Assembly: GCA_030704615.1 (NCBI GenBank)
Contig: CM060734.1
Location: 51,584,001 to 51,648,000 of the forward strand
Direction of reading: 5' to 3'
Length of the DNA stretch: 64,000 nt
Source of the DNA: Takakia lepidozioides
Lineage: Eukaryota > Plantae > Bryophyta
The translations under genes and the position numbers were made by a program. Numbering within the stretch: position 1 is the stretch's first letter; each line of letters begins with the position of its first letter. Below the pieces are notes generated by a model that was given only the letters and a program-made list of their open reading frames with translations, was not told the origin of the DNA and did no database searches. Of this stretch, positions 1 to 13,900 are shown one piece after another.

Positions 1-399
1 ACCGTTTGCTATGGAATATTCTCTGGATATTTTGAATTTACTCGGTATATTCTGCCTGTTCGTGAGCATGCTCACACACTACACAACCTCTAAAAGTAGT
101 CTGCAGGGGTCATGGTTTCGCTCTGCAAATTTATACGTGGGTGGGGAGTTTAAAAAATGAATCAGGATAGTTGGTGCATTGAATTTATCCAGATATTGTC
201 ATCACAGATAATAGGGTTTACCGCATATGTTCCTACATATGATATGCCGTGTTGCAGCTTAAACCCTATACATTTTCAGTTTCGCGTTGAGAAATTATAT
301 CATAAAAAAGTAGTAGTTTCAGGGGATCCATTGGACATGAGAACCTTAAAGGTCACTTGAAGTTTCACCGCCCATTCTCAAGCCTATTATGGAAAGGGC

Positions 400-1187
400 C
401 TAGTATCGGCCGGGTATGGCATCTGGATATGCATATCCGGCGGTTATTTGCCGGTTATGCACATATGCACAACCGAAAAGTGTAGCCCCCGTAGGAACCG
501 GCTATGGAAGGGAACCGGCAAAAGCCATCGAGCTTCCTAACCGGCTAGAGAACCGGCATCGCGATTGTAAGGATGTTATACCCGGAGCAAGATCCGGAAC
601 AAATGTGGATGTCGTAGAGGCGGTTCTAGATAATACATGTAGGGGGTTGGTGATGGTAATTAAGAACATTACATATGGACAGATCCTGAGGGGAATGTTA
701 TGTCTTACTAGTTACAATACATTTACAATGGTTAAGGAGAATGTCCAAGTAGATAGGAAATTAATTAGTTGGGCATTTGGCTAAAATAATAGTTGTAAGC
801 TGTAAGCTTAGTGTATTACAAGGGCAAAGCCCCCAAAGATAGATGACAAGGGTTGAACATTTGAAATCAGATCCATAGGCCAACAGACGAGGCCACATCC
901 CTCTTTGTGTAGTTTTACACACATACACAAAAAGTCTAGAAAAAGTTCAAAAAATAAAAATGGATGAATCCCATAACCGGTACCATGGAACCGGCATTTT
1001 TTAAGATGACATAACCGGTAGATTGAGAACTGGACAAAAAAAAATTCATTTGTTTAATGAGAACTTGTAACCGAGATGTTTTTTAAACCTATTGGTATAC
1101 CCTACCCCGGCCCTCCATTTTTTTCAAAGAGTAGGCTATAACCCGGACCGGAAGAGGGCTCAAAACATGGTACCCGGCCAACACTGG
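400..1187. mobile_element. Non-autonomous TIR element (MITE, hAT-like ends)
   Basis: Left end CTAGTATCGGCCGGGTA (400-416) matches the reverse complement of the right end TACCCGGCCAACACTGG (1171-1187) with 3 transition mismatches. Interior is rich in ACCGG motifs and has no credible ORF. No TSD seen. Confidence 0.6.
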
Positions 1188-1955
1188 TGTGAACGTGGTG
1201 TGAGAAAATCCACGCCTATAGGGTAACATGTTTATTATGTATAAGGGTTACTTGTTGTTTTGAAAGTGTTGCGGTTAGTGCCGATGTGAGCAATTTAAAA
1301 TAGTTCTGCAGTTTTTTTAGTTTCTCAAATTTTCGTATCAATGAGGAATATTCCCGAGGTATCTTGGGAATATTCGGAATATGCCCTTGTGCTCCCTGGG
1401 CCGTGAGCATGCACAACCTCATGTAACAAGGGGAGTCTGCGGCTTGACCCTCTAGGCTGTCGGCTACTAGGCTGCTTGGGCAGACCACTAAGTGCCGACT
1501 GGGCAACGAACGTAAAACATCCCCTCTTGCGGGGGATCTAGGATAACACAACCTGAATTTAGCAATGAACATCAATCATAAGCTTAATTGGCACTCCCAT
1601 TATGTAAATGAAAGGATCTGGTCTCGCATGATTACAGATGACTTGGAAAATACAAAGACACAACATGAAACCTTTATTTGGAATGATTGCATATTCTTCA
1701 CCAAACGAGGCTAGCCTGAAAGGTTAAGAATATACAATCATTCACAATATGCTCATATCATTCGACTATCTCCTTCTATCCTCTACTGAATCAAAATACT
1801 AGCATTGACATTTCTTGGGAGTCAATTTCTCCAACATTGTTACATGTCTACCACATCCTGTCAAAACAGCAAGAACTATGGAGGACTTCTCGGACCACCT
1901 TCTGGTCAAGCTTATTGAACCAATGCCTGGGTTGTGCTAGCTGGGTGATAATACC

Positions 1956-4900
1956 TTATTTGGGAGGACCTGTCCCAAGAAGATACATGTGGTTCACATC
2001 CCATGCCACCCTAGGCCTGCCAAGTAAAGTTTCAGCTTCCTCAAAGGAGGCACCGGTCAAGTTGAAAGGAAATGGAAGCTTTGTTGCTTTGTCGACTTTG
2101 AGGTCTGACACCTGCACCATGCACAAGCTGTGCTCCTCCAGCTTACGGCCTTGCCACCGCCCTTCGACTTGATGTATCATGCCCACTGCCATCTCTTTCC
2201 CATCCTTGCCTCGCAAACTCACCACTTCTCCCACCTTCCACCTTCCTGATGTAACACTAGGACTGTCTTGCTCTGCTTCTGCTGTAGTTAACACCCGTTT
2301 ATCGTTGCCCTCATTAGCTGACTTTGCATGTGTGGGAGACTTACGGCTTTGCAAGGATCGTTTCATAGCAAACTCTAGCAAGTCTCCATCCTCCCCTTTG
2401 GAACTTGCGGGGGTTTCAGGTGGGCTACTCACAGGCTCCGAGGGTGCTGAACGAGTGTGCCGTGCTTTGTCGACCCTTGAGTTCAAGATGTCACCCTCAG
2501 CTGCTCGCTGCTTGTCACGCTCCAGCCGTGCTAACCGGGCTTTTCTATTGTTCAGCCTGTGTGACACCCAACAAAAGAACCTCCCACCTCACTAAAACCT
2601 CAAATTGCCCTGGACACACCTGAGGATCCCTTCTTTGTTCCCCTTCTGCACTACACGATTTGAAGATCAGAAGTTGGGCTTTTTAAGACAGGAGATAAGT
2701 GTGCTCCAAGAACTTGTTTCAGAATGAAAAGTTTAGCAATAAGGCAGGTGGGAATCGGCCGTTGTGAAAATTAAAGGGTTGTTTTTGCACGATATATAGA
2801 AAGAATGGGAAAGAACTTAAGTATCGATGCCCACTTATGAGCAAGTGCAAAAAAAGTGAAGGTGTAAGAGCTCTTTTGACTGTCATTCATTTGATATACT
2901 TCTTCAAACCATCCTGGAGGCTGTACGATGGAGACCTATGTCTTTGAGTTGTGCATGCTGGAGGATGTCTCACATGGATAGACGGATGCTGATATTCTGC
3001 TCAGGGAGGGCTTACATACCAGTTCTTGAGTTGATGATATGCAACCTCAGGACCCTGCGACAGGCGACACGCACCTTGGATGAGCATCCTACCTAGGCAA
3101 ATGAAACCTTTACAATGACTAGTACAAATCATGTCCATCAACCTCAAAATGCATGAGAGTGTTAGAGCGTAGCCCTAATGTGCAGCTGCTTAGAAAAGGG
3201 ACAACAGCATCACTATTTGTTGGCACAAAATTGTACTCACAATTCGATTAAGGTGATTGGTCCAGTGTTGGATGGACTTGGGACAACGCTGCATCTCTGG
3301 CTCAAACTGAAGCGCCCCCTCCATTGCATTGATTTGTGCCTCATTCATGATGTTGCGTTTACGTTTCTTGGGCTGTGACTCATCCCCATGCTCACTGCTA
3401 TGAGGATGTGTTTCTATGGGCTGCTTCTCCCGGTCTTGTCTCCTGGGTGTTTCACTCACTGGTGTCATACTCATTGGTGTTCCACTTACAGGTCGGCTTA
3501 CTGTCACTCCAGCTGTCTCTTCAACCTTCTCTTGCTCCTGTTTCCTTTCCTCCTCAAACTCTTTAACACCCACATTCACACTCTCATCCTCCACTTCTTT
3601 AAGCTCCATGTCCATGGCCTCTGGCTTACAAACATCTTTTTGCACATCATCCTTCTGACTTTGTTGCTCCTGAGGTGGTAGTTGTTGAGGCAGTTGCTCT
3701 GGAGAGAGTTTCACTTGAATTGGTTCCTTTTGACTAGGGTGGTCCTCACTTGGTTGCTCTTGTTCAACCTCGACCTTGGTTACATCTGTTTCTGTATCCA
3801 TGGCCTGGTTTGTTTCTTCAGCTGTTCCTTCTATCTTCAAGACTTCCTGCAGCAACAGTGACACTCCACACAGGGCGATCTATAACTAGCTGCTTCCGAG
3901 AGGATCAACTACTGTCACGCATCACATCTGAATCAACCAACGCATCAATGAGGTTAAGCTACAGGCAGCACAAGTAGCTTAATAGATGACTTCTGTTTTT
4001 GGAAGCCAAATATGACAACACCTTAGAGCAAGTGGGAGTAGTTCTTCTCTACCAATTTCACACACGACTGTTGCATAACAATTCATTGATCGCATAATTA
4101 AAGAATGGACCACTGACCAATACTGTAGGATAGGCAATGTGACTAAAGAAGAATCTCTGTTTTGCAGATATGAATCCAAGGGACCCCTATGGAACCGAAC
4201 TCATTCTCATTACCTCCTGTACTGGAAGTGCCTCCACCTCCAACTTTTCTTCCACAACTGAATCAAGCACGACAATCTGTATGGTGGCCTCCATGTTCTG
4301 CATGATGCGTTGCCAGCGCTCCAATTGTTCCCGCTCTTGCTTCCATTGTTGGAGCTTTTGCTCGTGTCCGTCACGCACAAAGCTCACAAGAGGGGTTTCC
4401 TATCCTCACCACCTCATATCCCTGTTGTTAGCTTTGACTTCCACTATTCTCACCACCTCAAGTCCTTGTTGTTAGTTTCAACTTCCATTAGTTCCCTGTC
4501 CATCAATCTATCATTAACTATGTAGGCCCCAGAACAAGCAAATAACTTCTGTTCCACACTCATGTCTTGTTCAGTTTGTTTCCCCCAACGTCCACAATAA
4601 GAGGACCTTACTCCCACGGCCAAAAATCCAGAACATATAATGATAACAACTCTACTGGAGCCAGCTGCTTTTGTACAGCCAGCCAAGCATGCTCTGTAAC
4701 TGACGTTGCTGAAAGCTATTCTGAAAGTTACATTGCATGCATGCAGCTTATATACACAAAAGACGGAGAATACGCTTGCATACCGCCACGTAGCTTGAGG
4801 ATGGGCATATCTGCTGATGCAAAGCGTCTGCAAATTGACTGCTCAAACATCATGCATCAAACAGCATACAAGTGTCAGATAAAGTGGACCTTGTATCCAC

Positions 4901-7900
4901 TAACTCCAGTTCTGAAGTCTGGCAGCGTTCAGACTCAAAACACATCATGAAGCCTTCAGCCATGTAAGTCTTTGATTAAATCCCATTCATGCAGCCCCAT
5001 TTTATTCTCAGGTTGAATGGTGACATGATCTACTTCAAAGCAATCCACTACAAATAACTTGTCAGAAGTTGAGTTAGCATTCCTGAACTTCAAACAAGCA
5101 CAGATTTAACCTGCAAAATCAGAAAGTGGGATGTTGGTTCGTCACCTGACAAGTGTGATATCTTCCTCATTTACTGGATCTGATGTTATGGTCAGAACGT
5201 AGTCATAAAGCGTATCTGCCAACCAGAACAGCTGGACAACTTAAATATCTCCAACAGTGCCTCTACATTTTTGTAATTCAGAACAAGTGCCTGGGATATA
5301 AGAAACACTGTGCAGGAATCTCATTTCCATGTCCCATCATTCCCTGGATAGACCACCACTCAACCTCCACCGATCTGCAATAGGACTGACCAGAGTCTGA
5401 TGGAAAGGACATAAATTCTGTGTCCAGTGCACCAAATCATACTTCTTCCGAATGCACGATACATATTACCTGGCGACCACAGAAGTATGCTGTGCTAATA
5501 AATGAAAGGGGGTTAATTTTCCCCCTCAAGATCTTGTAGCTGCTGCTCAGGCTTCCTTGTAGATTATATATATACTTATATACAAATATACTTATTCATA
5601 GAAATAAAGCAGCAGTAGTTCTGGAAGGAGTGCAAGTGTATGCATTAAAAGGAGTTTTGTAGCATCTTACGGAGATTTTCACATACGCGCACAGAAGTTC
5701 GCTCTGCACTCAAGAAATATAAAGTGTGGGTTGGTTGTAAAGGCCCAGAATGTAAGCACTCCAGAAATGTACGCAAGAAACGGTCCTGCTCTTCAACTGC
5801 ATCATTGTTAATCAGAGTTAGACACCCTTAGCCTTTCCCCTTTGCTTACATCCCAAGCTACTGACAGCTGTGCAACGCACTCAGTCACATTAACCTCTTG
5901 ACAGCTTATGGTACTTATACCACCACTCGGTGTAAAATAATTTTCATCCACTTAAACACATGCAACATATGGTGGCAGGTAGACGAGGATGCACCTGAGC
6001 AGACTTCAGGATTGTAGCAGTAAAGATTTGCTAACAGCTTCACCAATAATGCTGAGCGCAACTGGAAAGCAGAGGGTGACTGAGGAGTAATTATGAAGTC
6101 AGACACACTCAAGGCCTCCTCCTGAACTGTTCCAGCAGTGGTGGCCTTAGCAGACACTGCCATTGCTTCTCCTGCAGCCTCAAATGGATCATACGCCAGT
6201 GACGCATCCAGCTCTGCAGTGGCCAGGTGCTTGGCTACGGACCCTCCACACCAGCGGTCTTGAAACTTTACCGGCACCATAGCAAACACTGTGGCCAAAT
6301 CGGGAGCCTGATCCAACATGCCCATGGACCCACTTAATACTGAAGCAGAATCCCAACTTAGTCAGCCCTACTTCAGCAATCACCACCACAAAATGGTCAT
6401 AATCTGACAAGGAGAGCACAGATGAACAGGGAGATTACATACGATTCGGTCCATAACCAGGTTACGAAAGTTGGAGTCGTCAGAGAAGATATCAGCCAAG
6501 CGCAAGGAGGTGACGTACAGGAGTCCCATTGGATTTTTCTTCTCTTCCTCAATGTCCTCAATCTGCCTTGGATCTTCCAGCAGGGCCCCTCTCACCAAAG
6601 CAAGGACCTGTCTAACAAAAAACAACAAATCTTAAAAATAGATATATGGGGCCACCTGAGATTTCACAGCCTCAATCCCGCATGTCTGTATGAATTCCAT
6701 CATATGAAGCTAAGGAGCAAGATGGCACCATTAATTGTTACACAAGCTCTCTCAATACAGCAATTTCACCATCCTTGACCCCAGGGTGAATAGAAAACAG
6801 ACCTCATAAGCAACTTGTTCAGCAAGCTGCATGCTCCGCCCATCTGCCGCCACTTCATCCAAAAAGGAACATTGCTCTGATTCACAAAACTTCAACATCT
6901 GCAGTCCCCAACATAACCTCAAAACACATCTTGGTTATGCCCCACAAAGATGCAACACACTCTCAGAAGGAGAAATTACGGTTTAACACAAAGCTTGCAC
7001 AATCATAAAACCCAACCCAGGATCCAAGAGTACACTTCCAGAACCACCCACTGCGCCATAATGTGTACGTGCTTTTTAAATGTAAGTTCTCTTCATATAT
7101 AAGAAGTACATTGATCCTTGCTGTAAATCTTGCACGTACCATGGCTAACGTTTTGGCTTTGGATCGGGAAATTGTCGCCTTTAAGGATATTGAATTTTGA
7201 AATGCGGCTGGTAATTGTAATCTCAGTACAGAAAGCACTAGCCGTAGGATGCCCCCATTTTTGCACAGTTCCTGGTGGATTGAAATGATCATTAAAATCA
7301 CAGTAAAAGCATGTATGTGTGTCACACAAACATTCTGGCCATATAGACACTGAAGAAGATGAAATGTGACACTGGTTGGAGTTTAAACACAGATGAAGAC
7401 CTCCTATGCAGACCTTACCAGAGTAGCTCATGAACCCAGCGCTTTGGCATGAGAAACATAAGCGGTACTACAAACGAGAAATAAGAGATCACAATAACAT
7501 TCAAATCTGACCTTGTGGCCAAGAACTCTATCCCTGAAAGCCTGGGGCAAACACAGAAATAGAAGAACTTGCAATGAGGCTTCACACTGGTGAGCAGTGG
7601 CCAGGGCAACACGTTCTGCAGAGAGTGATGTGGTCTTTTTAGCAGCCACTTTTGTGTTTAAGGAGCGCAGCTTGACTTGAAGCAAAATTATGTCTCGCCT
7701 AACTGCATCAAAAGATGCATCGATGAAGATATGCACCTGATGTCATCCAATCCCATTATCAGCTCATCATGTAGGCTGTGGCTCCTCAGCGCATCGCTAT
7801 ATATATTAACTACATGATTCAAAAACACTACCAACAGCGATTCAGTCAACCCCTGATCTAAGTAGCAATGGCAGATCAGCACTTTGTACCTGGCAGCCTT

Positions 7901-10900
7901 ACTAAAACATGGGTTACATGGCTATTATACACGATCCATAGTTAAGATAAGAATACCTTCGGGTGGACCAACAGAACAGGCACAACATCAACCCATTCCT
8001 GACTAATGAAGGCGATGAGAAGGTGCAAACAACATGCCACAAGCGCAGCATGCAGAACTGCTATGAAGCTTCCTCCGCGACCCTCCTGTATCAACACAAG
8101 CCTTCTTAACATGAGGGCGCTGATCCAAAGATTCCAGATAAGCCCCAGCTAGTCCCCAACAGAAAGATGACCAAGTCTGCTGAAGGGACTGCACCCCAGC
8201 AAGCCGCTGATGAACACACATACCTGCTCCATGTTTGCCAAAACAATAAGCATGTACATCACCAGATCCAGAATCTGCAGGCGTATCTTCACTTCCTGCA
8301 GCAATATCTGCAACAGAAGAAAGCTGTGATTCATCTTACTTACGACAATACAGAGTCAACTGAATCTTAACTAGAGAGGTGGTGAAGTTAGAAGTTATGC
8401 CTTGAAGAGACTGCCACGACGTGTTGTTTAAAGGCAGTCTATTTGGCACACAGCCACTGGCCTACAATGAAATTGCTCTAAAATTTCAGACAAATCTACC
8501 ATGATCAACATACTACAGCTAGTTGGTTGGGAGAGCATTTCTGCTCTTCCGGCAGTCAAGATGACCATTCCACAACTACTGAATATATTGTACTCATAAG
8601 ACGTTGTTTGCCGTAGTTTTGTGGCCATTGACCCCGTGCCCAGTTTGAGCGGGAACAAAAGGGACAGAACCTACCTCTGTCAGGGGCTGACGTTGGTAGT
8701 AAGACTTACCTCCATATAAAGAATTAATCCAGGTTTTCCAGATATCCTCTAGAAATCCCTTCACACAAGCATCAATCTGCTGTGTGTGATTTGCCCAAAA
8801 ACTAGGCCTCAGGAGGGCCTGGGCTTTTGGCTCAGCCTCGAGACTTTCAAAGTTGGTAAACAGGGGTACAGGCACAATTCCCTTAATAGATTTGAAGAGA
8901 GCGTCTCTTTGGTGAGAGAACCCCGGACAGTGTATCAGAAAATGAATACTGTCTTCAGATTGCCCACACAACGGGCAATTGCACTCTCCCTTTCCTCTCT
9001 GCTTCTGTTTGCTGTTCAAAGGTAGGCTTCCTGCCCTGAGTTTAAATTTCAGTCTAGTGCCGAGAGTGGGTAGACCCTTGAGGTCATCCAAGATGTCCTC
9101 CCCCATGTCACAGACTGGAAACAAGTTCAGGGAAGTTTTCTGCCTAACTTCATTTTCATCAGACAATCTCATGGCAACAGACATGGCTGAGGACACTACA
9201 GCCTCTAAGTCAGATTTATCCAGCAGGGTCAAGACTTGTGGATCCAGGTCCAGGTCCTTGAGGATGTCTTCTACTCTCTTCTGCCAGGACTTAGCCTGTT
9301 TGACAGGGCGGTCCTGTTTCCAAGATATAGAGTCGATTAATTTAGGATATCTGGTGTTGGGCATATGTTGCAGCTGACCCCACCATCTGACCTTGAATTC
9401 ATCTCGTCGGGAGCTTAAGGACGGAATGCCAAACTCACCCCGAACAGCCACATTGGCTGTTTTAGAGCATGCTGACATACACTCCTTAAGCACCCCCACT
9501 TGAATGGATTCTAGAGACTTAGCCTGGTTGGAGTTATCAACCCATATAGCAGATCCGTACTCCAAGGCAGGTCTAATAACGCGACAAAGCATGGTTTTCT
9601 TAACCTCAGAGTTGACCCCTCTGCAGTGGAAAAATTTAGTGAGCCCCAGAGCTTTGCCCTTGCCAGTTTGAACAACTTTCCAGATATGTGCATCCCAATT
9701 ACAATTGGAGGAGAACTCAACGCCCAGGTAAGTGTAGGAAGGGAGGACCGGGATCTCTTGGCTACCCCACTGCCACTTAAGATCACTTCCTCCCTCTCCT
9801 CTGTTGTTGAATGCTACCACTGCACATTTGCTGACATTAGCCTCTAGCCCCCAAAGATCAAAGTATCTCTTCGCGCAATCAATCAACTCCTGGAGATTGG
9901 TTGGAGTCTCCCCTATGCCTGCGAAGTCATCCGCAAACATAAGGGCTGGTATGGTGGTATCACCCACCCTTAACCCAAATCCCACTTTCCACATCCTCGA
10001 GGAGTTGATTGATGAAAACATTGAAGAGAAGAGGGGAGAGAGTACATCCTTGAGCTACACCTTGGTCTATGTCAAAGAAGTTGGACTTCTGTCCGTTAAC
10101 AGTGACACAGCTTTTGGTGTGAGCATACAAGTTGTGGACAACTCTCCACATCTTTCCCTTGATCCCACAAGACCAGAGGCGGAACCATAGGCCATCTCTC
10201 CACACTGTGTCATAAGCCTTTTTGACATCCAGGAATAATTTATAAGTGGGTTTCCCTTCTTTTTTCCTTCCCTGGATAATCTGGCTTAGAGTGAAGATAT
10301 GATCCACACAGCCCCTGTTTCGCCGAAAGCCAGCTTGGCCTTCGTGGAAACAACCTCTAGACTCCAGATCAACCTCGAGACGAGTACTTATAACTCTGCA
10401 GAATGTCTTGCCAACAGCATTGAGGAGCGTGATGCCACGGTAGTTCCCCGGTTCTTCTCTGTCACCCTTCTTGTATAGATTGACAATGACCCCCTGTCGC
10501 CAGCGAAAGGGTTTCATTTCAGTCTTCCAGATAAGGTTAAAGAGGAGAACTAGGGCCTTTATCATGGGATCGCCACCGTGCTTGATAAGCTCGTTGACAA
10601 TACCATCAGGTCCACCAGCTTTATATCCATGTAAATGTTCAATTGCTTCCACAATCTCAGAAGAACTAATGGGAGCATTAGAAGCCATTGAAATATACTC
10701 CAGTTCATCAGGGCTGTTTTGAATCATAGGAACAGTTTTTCCAACTGTGTCCCTCCATTCAGCAGAAGACCCCTCACTGTTAGACCTAGAAGTTCTGCCA
10801 AGGATACTGTAGTGAGTTTCAAAGGTTTTGACAATGTCAACCGATGAAGTCACCACTGCACCTTTAGTAGTCTTCAGCGCTTGTACTTGCTGACCGTTTT

Positions 10901-13900
10901 TCGGTATCTTTACGGAGCTGGTAGTACCTCGCCCACAATTCTCTGTTGGTTTCCAAATTGCAGCACTCTTTATAGAGGGCTCGTCTCTCAGCTATCTTGA
11001 GTTTAATCTCATTAGTCCACCAATTAACTGCTCTCCCAATGATCTTGTCAGCCACGGAGGAATCGAAACTCTCCCAAGAGTCCACTGCTCTTTCGACTTC
11101 ATTTCTTGCGTTAACAGAGCGTGACTGAAGTTCTTGGAGCGATTGGACAAAATGAGGGAGAGCCTCTTGCAAGGCCTGGACGTACTCAGCCTTGACCTCC
11201 TCATTGTGGAATTTTTCTATGCGCCACTTCCGAATCGAACGTTTCACAGATCTCTTGGTGGTGGGAAAACACCTTTTGATCTCAGTCCAAACCAGGAAGT
11301 GGTCAGAGGTACCAATATCAGTTCTGTCGATCAACACATTGGCACACTGGGGGAACAAAATTTTGTCCATTGTCCACAATGGAACGTTCACCAGTTTGGG
11401 GTTTCTCACGAGTCCACTGCACTTGGTCACCTCTTGTCCTGTTATTCAAGGTCAAAAGCTGAAGCTCTTCTAGACAGTTAATTAGCCGTCTGCCATTAGA
11501 ATTCAGCTCGTCCTCACCAAAAGGTCCAATGAGATCGTCCTGATGGATGCCTTTGCCCACCCGGGCATTGAAGTCCCCCAATAGTACCACCTGACCTTTG
11601 GCAAGGAACGAAGCACAGTCCAGCTTTACATCTTCGAAGGCCTTGTCTGCGTCAGCACTAAGGGTCCCCTCTGTGGGCATGTAAACACAACCAACAAAGA
11701 GGTCCTTTGTACTCATGCCGCCCTTCAAATTCAGTTTTAGCCAGATACTATGCTCGTACCTCAAACCCTTGTTGATAATTTCACAATTGTCAAACAAGAA
11801 ATCACAGACAAAGAATCCGACCCCTTTTTGACCGCGTTTGGCAGAGGCTGCCTTGAGAGTACACATCTTACCTGTCCATTTATAACCAATGACATCTCCA
11901 ACCAGTTTATCCAACGTTTCCCATGTTTCTTGCCCAGCACAGATATGAATATCATTGGTCCGAAGAACTTGTCCCACTTCAAGTTGTTTCCTTTGGTTGG
12001 TCAACCCTGAGAAGTTGAAAGTGGCCAGCCGCAAGCCAGCCCTTGGCGTGTGAATTGTTTGTCGTCTAGGTAGCTTGTGATTGCTCCTGGACGGCCAACC
12101 GTTCTGCAAAGGGGGGACAGTTACCCCATGTGTAGATTTTGCTCGTCTTGTGTAAACTTTGAGAATTGGTAAACCATTCAGGGTACCAAATCTTTCAGTT
12201 ACACGACGCACAGGCTCCGCACACATAGGGGCAGATTGTCCGTCAGACTGCTTGGGGACAATTACCCCGTGTATAGATTTTGCTCGTCTTGTGTAGACTT
12301 TGAGGATTGGTAAACCATTTAGAGTACCAAATCCTTCAGTTACACGACGTTCAGGCTCTGCACACTTTAGGGACAGATTGTCCATCTGACAGCTTGGGGA
12401 CAATTACCCCGTGTATAGAATTTGTTCGTCTTGTGTAAACCTTGAGGATTGGTAAACCATTCAGAGTACCAAATCCTTCAGATTCAGGACGTTCAGGTTC
12501 CGTACACTTAGGGGCATCTTGTCCTTCTGGCTGTTTGGATTCAACCTCATCCAGAGCATCAAACCGATTAGAAACTCTCAAGTTGAAGTTGTTGCCCTTG
12601 GTTGTCTTCCTAGAGCGCCCCATTGAATCACCAATGTCTAAGACCGCTCTCCAGCCAGTCAAGGGACGAACTTCTTTGAGATTGAATTGATGCGGGACTC
12701 TATTAGAAGCACTTTTGGTCATTGCAACCTTCAACGTACCCCTGTTATCAAGTCTCGAGATGGTACCATTAGCCATGAAATCCAAGCCTAAGCTAGAGCA
12801 TGTAGTTTTAAAGGACACATCGTCCATCCTGGGATTCACCCCAAAAACTACACATGAAGCCCTAGATTTGGCATAAGTAACCAATTCCCAGGGATCACCC
12901 TGAGGAGTGTTGATGTTGATAGGAGCTAAATTTTTGATTGTTTTCGCAGGCCATAAGTTTAAGCACAGGAACCAACCCGAGCCCAAGTGCCCAGTATGCT
13001 AGACAGAGCATACGACTGCCCAATTTGGGCGGAGGGGCTGCCCCCAATCGGTAGGAGTCCGCTTGTTACCATTCAGAGATCACACTCCAGGGAGTTGCAG
13101 GGAATGGCCCGTGTAGGCATATTCTAAAGAGGGAAAGGCCCCAAGCTTTCCAACTAAATCCAATGCACTACCTTACCTGAAGCAAAGCGCTTCAGGTCGA
13201 AACAAACAAGGACACGAGGTCACAAGGCCGGCATTTAGTCACAGAGACATTAATGTACTCCCGTTTCAAGTCCACCCAATGTCAATAGGCTTCCTAGAGG
13301 ACAGGGAGAGAAACTACTGAATATAGTATGTTAATAGATGGCAACTTGCAGTTACACTCTCACAATGTGCAGATGAAGTGCCTGATCAAGTTTGGAGTTG
13401 CGCGTAGCCAAGGCACTGAGAGAGTGCAGGAGACGGACAGCACGTAGCCAATAGCGTAAGCGTGGCTCCCCACTGCTCGAAGCCACACATGCCATTAGAT
13501 GCAGGGGCAGGCATGTTGCCAATCGCTCCACATCCACCTATCAGCCACTCCTCCCCCTCAACCCAATTAATATGGCTCTTCTGTTCTACACATACACAGG
13601 TTATCTGCACAGCCATGACAGCCATGGTGGAAACAAAGAACATTAAAGCCCAGGTAAAGAAAAGTGGACTCACCCGCAGTAAGACACCTTTGCAAGAGTT
13701 CACTCGCAAGAAGAAGTTATCTGACTCCTGCAGCAGCTTGTACATGTCATGCGTTCGTAGTGCATGGAGTTCCTCCACAGCCACAAATTCATCTGTGACC
13801 TGTTTTTCCCAACCTGTCATTCATCGCTTCATTGCCACCCCCCTCTCTCTCTTTCTCTCTGTCAACTCTCTAGGCTACGGCAAACAACGTCTTATGAGTA

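Noticed and set aside
4612-4693. Possible cassette or poison exon in NDX (AG...GTAAGG)
   Set aside because: It is 82 nt with a stop in the expected phase, the flanking exons join in frame without it, and there is no transcript evidence.
12121-12530. Repeat array next to a reverse transcriptase, suggesting a retron, DGR or CRISPR-RT system
   Set aside because: The repeats are coding tandem duplications inside a TSD-bounded LINE, and the RT is a non-LTR type fused to APE.
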